64,000 nt of DNA from Pecten maximus. Its lineage: Eukaryota. The stretch lies in assembly GCF_902652985.1 (NCBI RefSeq), contig NC_047028.1, positions 14,074,001-14,138,000 on the forward strand. The letters run 5' to 3'. The notes under the pieces were generated by a model. The model was not told the origin of the DNA and did no database searches. It saw nothing but the letters and a program-made list of their open reading frames with translations. The position numbers and the translations under genes are program-made. Within the stretch, counting starts at the first letter, position 1; every line of letters starts with the position of its first letter. Positions 40,701 through 52,905 of the stretch are shown one piece after another.

Positions 40701-41530
40701 TGTACATATTTAGAGATTCTTCAGAGTCAGATTCTCACAGATTTGTTATATTTTTGAGTCCTGGACTCATGCAGGTTTTCTTTCAAGTTGATTGGGTCAA
40801 CTAAAATTTATTTTGAGAGAACACATGCACTATATGAAATGTGGTAAGTAAACTATTACCGTAGGCCTAATGCGCCCAGCTCATGAAAATTTGAAAACGA
40901 TGCTCATGATTAAACCGAAAAATCCTACGAAAAATAATTTCATGAAAAGTATGTACTACCTCAATAATATTTTGGGGGGTTATGTATGTACGCCTGTGTG
41001 TTATATGTTGTGCATGTTTTGTTCACAAAATTGTTGACTGTTGATTTCATTGATCCATGTCTGAATAAATTTAATGATAAAATACCTTTAATACCTAGCT
41101 AGTATAAAAAAAAAAAAGGCCTTTAATTAAAGACATCTATAAAGACATATTTTAGGTAAAAGTACACGTGTATTTCATTATAATTAATCAATTGAAAAAG
41201 TTTATAAATGTCTGTGATATAGGATGCAACATTTTACCTACCACTACCATATACTTACCAAGCTAGGCTACTTCAAGTTCACAAAAAATGAACCTTTTTC
41301 AATTAAATTTGTGTATTGATATATGCGGGCTATAGATAGTATCACCAGGTTAACACATATACATTATATAATTACTGGACTAAAAATTAAATGTCTGTAT
41401 AATTGACTTTCATTGTTATATTTCTATAGGCCCTATGTGTTCCCCAGTAATTGATATAAAGTTCAGGTAATATCTGTGAAAATAAATTCAGTAGGCGTAT
41501 TGTAATACAATTTTAACACTGACATTTAAC

Positions 41531-42390
41531 CACAGGCGTCTGAAGTTCTGACAGTAAACCTAGATATAATACCATATAAAAAATTAGAGTAGGCCTATCT
41601 ACTATAAAAAAAAGAACAGGTATGCAACGCCTCCGATGTAAACAATCACTTAAATCTCTGCAAACGGGGGAAATATAAGATTTACAATATAATTATTGGT
41701 ATACACAGATGCCGCTAACATTATTTAACACTCGACAAGCATAAACCATTACTCACTGCGTTTAATAAGTTCTATTTCAGCTAAAAACTTGCTGAGATGG
41801 TCTGTCACGTCAACCATGTCGTGAAAATGGCGGACATTGTTATGCAGGTCCGCAGTGAATATCGAGGTAAAACTTTTTAATTCATGATATTGACAATAAA
41901 AAAAGAACTCTAGAAGCACATGGATTCTTTCAATTTATATTTATATTCTGTGTCGTTGAAACATTTTTAATACTTCTGGTGTAACATGTTTCTCTGTTTT
42001 TAAAACGATTGAAAATAAAGGGCAGATAACTCTTATTTTTTCATGAATTAAAAAGTATTACATCGATATTCACTGCGGACCTGCATAACAATGTCCGCCA
42101 TTTTCACGACATGGTTGACGTGACAGACCATCTCAGCAAGTTTTTAGCTGAAATAGAACTTATTAAACGCAGTGAGTAATGGTTTATGCTTGTCGAGTGT
42201 TAAATAATGTTAGCGGCATCTGTGTATACCAATAATTATATTGTAAATCGTATATTTTTCCCGTTTGCAGAGATTTAAGTGATTGTTTACATCGGAGGCG
42301 TTGCATACCTGTTCTTTTTTTATAGTAGATACTCTAATTTTTTATATGGTATTATATCTAGGTTTACTGTCAGAACTTCAGACGCCTGTG
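41531..42390. mobile_element. Foldback (long-TIR) non-autonomous DNA transposon, P-superfamily-like
   Basis: Near-perfect inverted arms 41531-41887 and 42041-42390 around a 153-bp spacer. Termini CACAGG...CCTGTG fit CANRG. ATTTAAC is directly repeated on both flanks (7-bp TSD). Confidence 0.85.
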
Positions 42391-42967
42391 ATTTAACCCA
42401 CTCCTCCCCAATCATATGCTTCTGTCAGACATAACCCATGTACACCAATGCTTTACCAATTAGATTACAGTCATACAAAAAGAACATTCCTAGTTTGCTA
42501 TTTTAAAAAAACAGCATTTAAGATTATTTTGACAGGTGATGAAATATATTGATTATTGGACTACAGTAGCCTACAGGAGCTGAATATTGTTTGTTATTTT
42601 CCGTACAATACTTGACACTGACAGTTCAGCATGATTTTGCACAGACCTACCACCTACCAGCTAGCGATCGTCCCACCATGAATGATAGTTCACGATACCT
42701 AAACACACCTGACCAATGACCGAAGATGTCAGAAATGACCGATGATTTTTTTTCCGAAATGTGGGTCATGGCACATGTACAGTACCGTGATCGATAGCCT
42801 GGCACTGCACACTCGAGGAATGTGCACGATTTCACTGACCAGTCCGCGCCTTGATGTGTGATTTTAAACTAATCACAGTGGCATGTTTTAAAGTTCACTA
42901 CTACATACAGTACACACTATAACTAATTCCATTACTAACCTTTACAACTTGAACAGTGTAGTCTTAC

Positions 42968-43085
42968 GAGTGGCAACGCCCGAAACCGTTCCAACCAGTT
43001 GCTGATGTTTTGTAGTGGTAAACGTTAACAGTTTAGGGTGCCTCAAACGGAGGAGAGTTGTTATCCAAGACGATAACGTTGACAT
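42968..43085 (-). CDS. Candidate alternative first coding exon of the scramblase (mitochondrial-targeting-like peptide)
   Basis: ATG-initiated MSTLSSWITTLLRLRHPKLLTFTTTKHQQLVGTVSGVAT ending at a C|gtaaga phase-1 donor, compatible with the phase-1 acceptor at 35455. Confidence 0.5.
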
Positions 43086-44091
43086 TGCTCAGGTTAGAAT
43101 GGCTGTTCCATGAACCTCCCTCACACTCTCGATCGGGCGTATAAGCACTGCTCATGGTTAGGCTAGTTATCTACCATAGAAAAATATTAGCCCCTACTTC
43201 AGGCCTATAGTATATTTTTTTATTATTATTTTTCTATAAATACTTACCAGATGCTGACGTTTGTGGTACTAGAGATTACTGAGAGATGAATATTGACTTT
43301 GAACATTTTTTAACTAAATTATCAATTTATCTGCTTTTGACATGTATTAATAGTACTTTTAATTTAACCCACAACACCTGAAGCATATAGCCTATATCTC
43401 AATAAATCGTGACATTCGGATTTTACTTCATGCACAGTCAACTTTATCATAATTCAGGCCTTAACAACTATTTTTTTAATTAGCTATGTTATGAAACGGA
43501 TAATTTAAGCTTCTTAAAAAAATAGGGTTTAACTGCCCCCAGATAATATGCACAATATAAGTATACTATCTTAACAAATATAATATATATAATACAAGAC
43601 AGTGCCCTTGTGTAGCCGAAAGGTACGACATTTCTATGATGTATATAGATAAATAATTATTTATCAAATGGCCTATTTTGCAATCATATATTGCAAATTT
43701 ATTATTATCGTTATTACAAATGAGTAATGTATATGCCAACGTAAATGCGACCATGCATGCAGAATTATTTACTTACTGTAGAATGTACATGCTGTCTGTA
43801 ATCTATGTCACGTTTAAATCAATTTTCTAATTTGTCATCTATGTACAGGTTGTCTTATTTATCTAGAATCACAGAAGGTTATGTTTCTGACCACAGTTAC
43901 CCCTCGGTCAGTTATATATACATCCTATAGCATGATGCACCATGCAGATACATGTATACTTTTGTATATTTGGTGTTTGTATCTTCATATTTTGTTCCTT
44001 TTCTTCCGCTGGATTCATGTACACTTAGTTAATGCAATATCTTCCGTAGGTCACCCTGATACATGTATACCCATACCAAATCATTTGATCT

Positions 44092-47000
44092 TTGATAATG
44101 GGTAATGATTTTATGGGTCACAGGGTGGCAATCGGAAATTTTTATGCCAAAGCATACAGATATATGATTTTTCGATTACGTTCTGTTTTCTTCCATTTTA
44201 AAATATTTGTCTTTTTTGTAAATTTGTTGAATAATTACCGTGAAACATATATGAGCAATAACTATTTTTTGCTTATTTTGATATTACTATTATTACAGCA
44301 TATGGATATTGAGTCAAATCCAGGGCCTGTAGAAGGTGAACTTTCTGGTTTTCATTTAAAGATTAGAAGTGTGAGAAACAAACTTGAATATATTGAAAAT
44401 AAAGCAGGTGAATATGACGTAATATGTCTTACTGAAACTCATCTTGATGTTGAAGTCCCAAGCAGCGAGTTATTACTGGATGGCTTCCACCACCCTTTTA
44501 GACTTGATAGAAATTTTGCGGGAGGGGGGATTTTAGTATATGTAAACGAGGTTTTGAAAGTTAGCAGGATAGTTGATCTAGAACGTCCCGACACTGAAAT
44601 ATTATGGCTCCAAATTTATCTTCCCGAAAAAAGCATACTCATTGGGACTGTGTACCGTTCTTCCTTTCATACAAATCAATTCTGGGAAAATCTTCAGGCT
44701 TCAATAAGTGATGCGGTGGAAATATCCAGTAATGTCATACTGCTTGGAGACCTCAATGTTGACATGCTTACTATGTCACAGAATCATGTTTTATCTGATA
44801 TAATAAATTCGTTTAATTTTATAAATGTCATAAATGAACCTACTCGTATAAGTCCCACGAGGTCAAGTTTACTCGATCCAATTTTGGTATCAGAATCAAT
44901 TTCATACACTTATTCCTCTGTAGTATCTACTGAAAACGTAGTTACTGACCACCAAGGTTGTGTTGTATATATTTCTGTTCCGTCATTTCAGAAACTAACA
45001 TATAAACGTAAAATTTGGTTATATAAAAGAGGCCACTATGTACTTTGTAATCGTCTTGTTGAAGAATATGATTGGGATACGCTTTTCGCTACATGCAACT
45101 CTGTCAATTCGGCCAGTGAACGTTTTACTGAAATTTTTCTTGATTTTGCTCGTAGATCGATACCACATAAGGAAATTACTGTAAGACCAAACGATAAGCC
45201 CTGGATGTCTTCAGACCTTAGAAAAAATATGAGAGCTCGTGATAGATTTCGGAAAATAGCCAAACGTACCAATCATCCACGGGACATAGCTAAATTCAAA
45301 AATCAGCGAAATAAAGTGAATACTATGAAAAAGTATGCACGACAGTCTTTTTATGAAAATGTTGGAAATCTTATTGAGTTTTATCATTCGTCTGATCCTA
45401 AAAACTATTGGCGACTTGTCAAAAAATTGATGGGGAATTCTGAGACATCACGTCCTATCCCTACTTTAGTTGATCCTATTTTGGAACGTTTATTAGTCGA
45501 TGATAAGGCCAAATGTAATGCATTGAACGACTATTTTTGCAGTATCACTAGCATAGATGACAACAATAACGATGTTCCTTTGTTAGAACCTAAAACAGAG
45601 AGTTCTTTTGAGTTACCTGTAATAAGTCAAAATGACATATCTGATGTTTTGATGAATTTAAAACTTGGTAAAGCTTCTGGCTCTGATGAAATTAGCCACC
45701 ATATGTTGAAGTATACTGCTAAAACTGTATGTAGACCACTTGAATTGCTTTTTAATTTGTCGTTATCAACTGGTATTTATCCCGATACTTGGAAATTTGC
45801 TAAAGTGTTACCTCTTTTTAAGAAGGGTGATAGGCATTCTCCTTCTAATTATAGACCTATATGATTTTTGTCCTCTGTTGGTAAAACATTTGAAAGAGTT
45901 ATCTTCAAGTATTTACATAATTATTTTCTTGAAAATTCACTTTTCTATCAGTATCAATCAGGATTTATGCCGGGTCACTCGACCGTATATCAATTAATTG
46001 ATTTATATCATAACATTTGCCTTGATCAAGAAGAAAAAAAACCATTCTTGTTTAGTTTTCTGTGATATTTCTAAAGCGTTTGACAGGGTTTGGCATAAAG
46101 GTTTATTAGTAAAACTAAAGTCATACGGGATATGCGGAAATTTTCTATCATGGACTGAAAACTACTTAACCAACAGACGACAAAAAGTTTTTATTAATAA
46201 TTGTTATTCGGATTTTGGTTTGATACATGCTGGCGTCCCTCAAGGTTCCATTCTTGGGCCTCTATTTTTCTTAATATTTATCAATGATATCTCAGAAATT
46301 CTTCAATCTACTGCACGTCTTTTAGCTGACGACACCTCTTTGAAAGTCTCTTCATCTTCATGTCTAGAAATACAAACAGTTTTAAATAGAGACCTGGATG
46401 CTTTAAACAGATGGGCAAGTACTTGGCTAGTTACTTTTAATCCAAATAAGACGGAAGTTATTTTTATTTCTAATTCGGATAACGTGGATGAAGATCTGGA
46501 ACTGATTTTTGATGGCCATTTTTTAAATTTTAGTAGTAAGCATAGACATCTTGGAGTTACATTAAATTCAGATGCTAAATGGGTAGATCATATAAATGAA
46601 ATTTATAAGTCGGCTATGGGAAAAGTAAATATATTGCGAAAACTTAAATATACATTAAAGCGTGATGCTCTTTTACGAATTTATAAAACTTATATTTTAC
46701 CAGTTTTAGAATATGCGTGTGAAGTTTGGGATGGGTGCACTTCAAGTGATTCAGAAAAGTTAGAGAAGGTTCAGCGGGAGGCAGCTAGGATAATAACAGG
46801 GTTACCATTATTTGCTAGAAACGAGTCATTGTATTCAGAAACAGGTCTAGAATTACTTTCAGTTAGAAGGAAAAGATGGAAATTACAATTAGTTTACAAA
46901 ATGGATAGACATCAAACTCCAAACAAATTTACTTCCCTCTACAGTCGGTGAAAACAGACAGGGTCTAAGAAATAATGAAAAATATAGAATCCCAAATTTC

Positions 47001-47710
47001 AGACTGTCTATTACAAACCAATCTTTTCTACCTTCCTCTTTGACGATGTGGAACTCTATACATTCTGATATTAGATCCATGCCTTTTTCTGCTTTCAAGT
47101 CAGCTTTAGCCCCTAACTTACCATGCTCAGTACCCCCTTATTACTTAATTGGTGATAGAAAACTTAATATTATTCACACTAAATTAAGACATGAATGCAG
47201 TTCCCTTAATCATGATCTTTTACCGTTCAAATCTGGTCCAAAACTCAAATTGTGTAAATTGTGGCTATTATTGTGAGAATGCCTATCACTTCTTCTTTGA
47301 ATGTCAATCTTACACAAATGCTCGAGTTGTGCTTTTAAATCATTTAAATGATTTAGATATAAATATATCTTTAAGATTATTACTTTTTGGAAATGAAAAT
47401 ATGTCTTTGGATTTAAATTGTGTTGTATTTAACAAAGTACAAAATTTTATAATATCCAGCGGAAGATTTTAACAAGATTTTAACAATATTTAACATGTTT
47501 GAAAATGTTATTGACTTTGTTATATTATTTTGTGTGAGTGCCTAATGTTATGTAGGCCTATATCTCTTTCGTACTGCAGTTGATCAGTCTGTAATATCAT
47601 CTGTTGTCTATGTAATTATTGTAAGGAAATGGCTTCATAAGTTGTAATAACTTGTGCCAAATCCTATTTGCAAATATGTGTAAATAAAATATGTTTAAAG
47701 TAAGTAAGTA
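44092..47710 (+). mobile_element. Near-full-length CR1-clade LINE (single ORF: 2A-like leader, APE endonuclease, RT, CCHC), inactivated
   Basis: APE motifs (CLTETHL, LLGDLNVD, SLLDPIL, TDHQG); RT motifs (KASGSDEI, NYRPI, DISKAFDRVWH, GVPQGSILGPLFFLIFIND, LADDT); C-terminal CVNCGYYCENAYHFFFEC. Premature TGA at 45862-45864 and frameshifts near 46035, 46930 and 47215. 3' AATAAAATATGTTTAAAG(TAAG)n tail. Confidence 0.95.
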
Positions 47711-48329
47711 CGACGCGTCAAATGATTAAAGAGCCAGTCTATATTTCGGAGATGTCGGTTCGCGAGAGTCCCTGTCCGGTCAGTACATTCTCTGCTTCTG
47801 TTGCAGCTGTATTGTATTGTTTATTCACTTTAAGCCTTGCGGCCCATCGGTATTACAGCAAAAACAGAATAATGCCATGTGCATGTACAATAAGGATATC
47901 AAAAACATATACAAAATGTTAAGTATAATATGAAAAAATAACCTACATTGTACAAGACAAGAATGAATTTGATAGAATGGCGGACAGCTGTGATAATTGT
48001 ATGAGATAATTGTATGAAGTCATATTCATAATTTGATAGATTGGAAGACGACAGGCATAACATATGAAGTAAAAAAAAATGTGCCAGATAATGTCATTTG
48101 CAGGAGGTAACCGGAAGAAAATACATGGTAATTAAGCAATACATATTACAAATTAAGCTTGAAACGTTGAACGTAATAATAAACTTGATCGTAAATATTT
48201 ACCTAAATGACAAAGTTCCTTACTATTGCGTACTGCTAGTAACTGTACAAGTTTATACGACGACGGACGGTTCCAATAGTATTTTTTGATAATTTTTTAC
48301 GTAAGATTACATACAGAGGACAAATGAGA

Positions 48330-48620
48330 ATAAAATGAAATTCATCTTCTACCTAATTTTAGTTACAATAAATACAAATTCTATGTGCCCTTGGGATATT
48401 ACGATATCTGCCTTCTTCTATTCTTAACTGATGAGATGATAAACGAAACTTTGATATAAGCCGAGAATAGATATCTGGAATTGATTTTGTTAAATAATAC
48501 TGTAGAGTAAAAGAGTCTAACAAGAATTTATACAGATAACATTTTGATGAATTTTCAGTAAATTCATTCCCTAATTGAATAAAATTGTCGGTTAGGCGTT
48601 GTTTGAAAAGATGCAAATAA
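48330..48620 (-). mobile_element. RTE-X/L2-like LINE ORF2 C-terminal fragment
   Basis: ISKFRLSSHQLRIEEGRYRNIPRAHRICIYCN followed by a degraded EDEFHFIL, homologous to the 13387-14030 fragment. Confidence 0.8.
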
Positions 48621-48651
48621 AATATAGCCTACAATATTTATCCACAAAACA

Positions 48652-48808
48652 CATTCTCAATCGCTATTATATACTAAATAGTGTTTTCTCAATCACTATT
48701 ATACTAAATAGGGTTTTTTTCAACCACTATTATACTATATAGTGTTTTCTCAATCACTATTATACTAAAGTGTTTTCTCTATATCACTATTATACTAAAT
48801 TGTGTTTA
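48652..48808. repeat. ~31-32-bp minisatellite, ~5 copies
   Basis: TTCTCAATCACTATTATACTAAATAGTGTTT units. Confidence 0.9.
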
Positions 48809-49869
48809 AGTTGGCATAACTTTAATATAAACAAGAACGATAAGAAATGTAGATAACTTGATATCTTATTTAAAATACATGTATGATCAAACTCAATATA
48901 TCATTCAGACTGTGGTCATAATTGACCCGTTAGCATTTATATTTTACGGAAGCCCATTGGTGCCAATACGATTTAATATACAGTGTATTTAACAATTAAA
49001 CGCTTGTTAAATTGTACATGATTGTATATCTATAGGCAGGGCGTTATCCTATTTATCTATCGTCCAGGGCGCAGCGTTTGATTGCTATATTTACATATGC
49101 TAAACTATATGTCTTTCAAAAACAAACACGCCATAGTTTACTCATTTTAAAGAATATCACCTTTTAAAATCAAATTCCTTTCTATGATAAATTCGCACCC
49201 AATTTGACACACAGTACAAAGCCTTGCCCTGATGATGGCCAACAGGGTATTCCCTGTATAAAAGCTTCTCTGTCCTCTCACAGTTCGCAGCTAAGCATGG
49301 ATAGGAGGGATAAGGAGTAGGCTTTCCATGCAAACCTACCAAGAAGTTTCCGTGATTAGGTTAACAGGGTTGCAAACAACATAGCAATAAGGTGAAAGTT
49401 TATGAGATTGCATCTCAAAAGAGGTATGGCGCATATTGGCCTGTTTCGACCTAATGGTGACCGTTTTCAAAATAAAACAAAATTATTGTTAAAAACTTAG
49501 TTTTTGAATACAAAATTTAAATCTATAACATATAAAATTTCTTATTTGCGAAAAAAATGTTTGTTCATTGCAATGGATATTTCATTAAATGACCGTAAAG
49601 TTACATCATCGGGCTATTTGCAACTTTCGAGGGGGGTTTCCCCGCATTCATATAATTTTTTGACATAGCCTGCATCGGAAGACCAACTTTTACAATGTCT
49701 TATTTTATTCTTTGTACCAAAAGACAACTAAAATCCTATTCTTAAAAAATGGTCCTCAGATGCGCTGGTATCGAAAAAATAAAAAAAAAAACGTAGTTGA
49801 TAAAATATTTTAATTTTCGCATTTACCAGACTGACTATAATTCATAACATGATCATCACATTTCTTTAA

Positions 49870-49940
49870 GTCAGCATAGCTCATATGGTAGAGCCATCGC
49901 TTAGCAACCCAAAGGTTCTGAGTTCGAATCACCAAGATGT
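49870..49940 (+). pseudogene. tRNA-derived (Ala-AGC-like) SINE head or tRNA pseudogene
   Basis: A box TAGCTCATATGG (49877-49888), D-arm GCTC/GAGC, TTAGCAA loop and B box GTTCGAATC (49922-49930). The acceptor and anticodon stems do not pair. Confidence 0.6.
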
Positions 49941-50519
49941 ATCTTATTCATATTTTGTTATGTTTAAGAATAATACCATTTAATTTTCTTGGTCATATTT
50001 CAAAGATTTTTTTAAACATTCAATGCATATTTGATATAAAACATCTAGTTTTAAGTTGGTTAATTTTCACTTGGATAAAAAAAAAAGAGTGAAATCATAA
50101 CCGATTTACTCCTTACCATTAAAAGTAAAAATAAAATAAAGTAAATGACTGCAGCGTCGACCACAGGCATACATGAATCAGTTGTTTAAAATTCCTGTTT
50201 AATTTAACATGTCAATTTAACATGATTTCCTGTGGTATTGATTGACTATATACATGTAATCCGTTCACAACACAGCACGCCAATGGACCATTACAATCTA
50301 TTTTGATACTGTGGGAATCTCTGGGGGCACATGATATTTTACCTGTATTTTTAGCCCAGACTATCGCTATCCGTGGCCTAGGTCAGGATAAGAAGAAAAC
50401 GACCATACCTCTTTAGTAGTTTACATACATGTAGGTAACTCACCCATCGCTAAGCAGGGTCATCCTCACTCTCATGACCGCAGTCTCTCGGATCCGGTAA
50501 TCAGCCATATTACTATCAA

Positions 50520-52310
50520 CGATCCAAACAACACATCGGTATCTACTGATACCCTCACCGTAAATAAGGACCTTACACATGGTCTTTCAAAATGGCACTC
50601 CTGACATAGACCAATTGCAAGACTCACAATTTAACATCAGAGCTATGCTTTCCGCAAATTACTTCATATAACTACAAGAATTGCAACAACACAATAGGCA
50701 TCGCTATCCGTTGAACAAGGAGATCGATCATCTTTTACAGTAGTTGAAGAGGGAAATCATCGCATTGCTTGTATAAGTTAAAGGAAGGAGGGCCCTTACT
50801 GATGACTAGTGCATACATGCCCGCTAGAAATCTTAACTCAACTGAGGATAAATATGCAGATTGTCTTGTTATCCTAGGGGAAATAACTAGGAAGTACTTT
50901 ACCACTCACGACATGGTTGTTGCAGATGACAAGAACTGTGACCTCACCAGTCCCTCAAGTCGAAAGGAACTTCATAAATATATGGACGATTGTGGATCCT
51001 CTACTCACTGAACCAATACTTGAACATCAAACATGGGCGAGACAACTCCATTATTGACTATATTCTTATCCATCAAACATTATCATCGAACATGGCCTGC
51101 CTACCATGAACAGAATCAGTAACATTATGCACAACACTTCATATCACCACCTTATCAACGTGGGACTAGAATACATTTCCACCTTCATGTACAAGGGCAG
51201 CATTCTGGACCATCTCAAAACTCAAAGTGAAATGGGACAAAATTGACAAGTGGCGATATCAACAAAGAATGACTCAAAACAGATATAGAACACATCAAGC
51301 CAAAGACCAGGTCATGGATACTGGTAAATGTTTTACTCCAGAACCCAACGGATGTAGGCGAGGTAAACATTATGATTTGAACGCGGATATTGCAGTTGTA
51401 ACCAAAGCGAACAAATTCGCGCTGGGCCTGTGGAAATACATCATAGCAAACCTGTTGATGGTCAAGTTGCAACATTACGCAGCAACACGAAGAGAGTCCT
51501 CGGCCGAGTAAGAAGAGTAGAGATAGCACTCCGGAGATTTACATATGGAGCAAATTATGAAAGCCTAGCCAAGCAGGATAACTCTCGTCCGATTAGAAAA
51601 ACAAAAAAATCGCACACAAAATCTTTGACAACATTAGGGGTAGAATACGACATACAGAATGTATTTCTAAATCCCAGTGACATCCTGCGGGGGCGGAAGG
51701 AGCACTAAAAGGAGCACTTCAAGCACCTAGATATTCAGCAATCTCTTTCTCATAATGGGACGAAGACTAGACCCCGAACATATACAGTTTATAGGATGTT
51801 GTAAAATCTTTGTGTCGACATGTGATTGAGGATATCTTCAACTTAAACAACAACCAGGCACCAGATGTATTTCATATGAACGCGGAAAATCACATACTAA
51901 GTATACGGTGGCCCTAGGATACCAGAGGTCATAGCAACACATCATAATCAATTTCTATATGGCGGGAAAGTTCCAGACAATCTAAAATTATGTCATCTTA
52001 TCCCAACATACAAGAAGAAAAACCAGAAGAAAGACGCTTAAAACTACAGGAGCTTATAACAGTAATCCCAATGCTTCTTAATACCCTGGAGCTAATAATG
52101 AGAGCGGTGTTAGACCAACAATTTAACCTCATTAAGAGAGGCTTTACCAAAGGATTTTCACCTCGACGCCGTTGATCGCTATCAACAATATATCTTTTTT
52201 ACGCACCTATTGCCCTGTTGGATGCATAGGCTGCCTTTGACACTGTGAATCCTGACTTGATCCGTGAATCCAGGCTTATTGGATCGCAAACTGCTCCTGA
52301 ATGAATTGGC
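50520..52310 (+). mobile_element. Heavily decayed LINE (APE + RT remnants, RTE-X-like)
   Basis: Fragments SAYMPARN...DMVVADDKNCDL, SIIDYILI, ITVIPMLLNTLELIM...RGFTKG and LLDA*AAFDTV, split by stops and frameshifts. Confidence 0.7.
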
Positions 52311-52849
52311 AGGAACTCCCCGTTAGGGAATGGTCTTTTCAAGATGGTGGGCAAAAAATGATCACAGGAGATAGTAGTGCATTTAAGCTACACATCCCCT
52401 ATAGTCTGAGACGAGAACAAAAATATAACTCAAAACTAGTTAAAATTTATGTTACAACATTTACCCTCTGTTATTTTCTAAAACAAAGAAAAAACAATTT
52501 GCTTTACGTCACGGTTTTGTCTCCCACATTTTTATTTAAGTTCAGCCGAAATTGATATGGATTGGTTCCAATATGAGATGCAGTTTGCTAATGTATTGGT
52601 TTCAAATAATGATTGCAACCGACATAGGAAATAACTTCTCCTTTCAGAATTTAGTAGACGATTAAATCCGCTTCGTACTTAATCTTTGTACAGCTCGGTT
52701 GATGGATTTTCAGACCCCAAGGTCAGTTGGTATGCTGTATTCCACGTTTAGATGGTAAAACCATGATAAATGCTTCCCTTTTCTTTCTTTTGAACGGTAT
52801 TCCGTGATTTGTCTGGCGTAAACTTCATCCCTGCCCACTGTGCCATACT

Positions 52850-52905
52850 CCCGAGGTTTAAATGACCTTGGCTGTTGATAGGACGTTAAACAACACAAAA
52901 GCAAC
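52850..52905 (+). mobile_element. SINE 3' tail remnant
   Basis: GACCTTGGCTGTTGATAGGACGTTAAAC followed by an A/C-rich tail, a typical molluscan SINE end. Confidence 0.5.

Noticed and set aside
49870-49940. Functional tRNA-Ala gene
   Set aside because: The acceptor and anticodon stems do not pair; treated as a pseudogene or SINE head.
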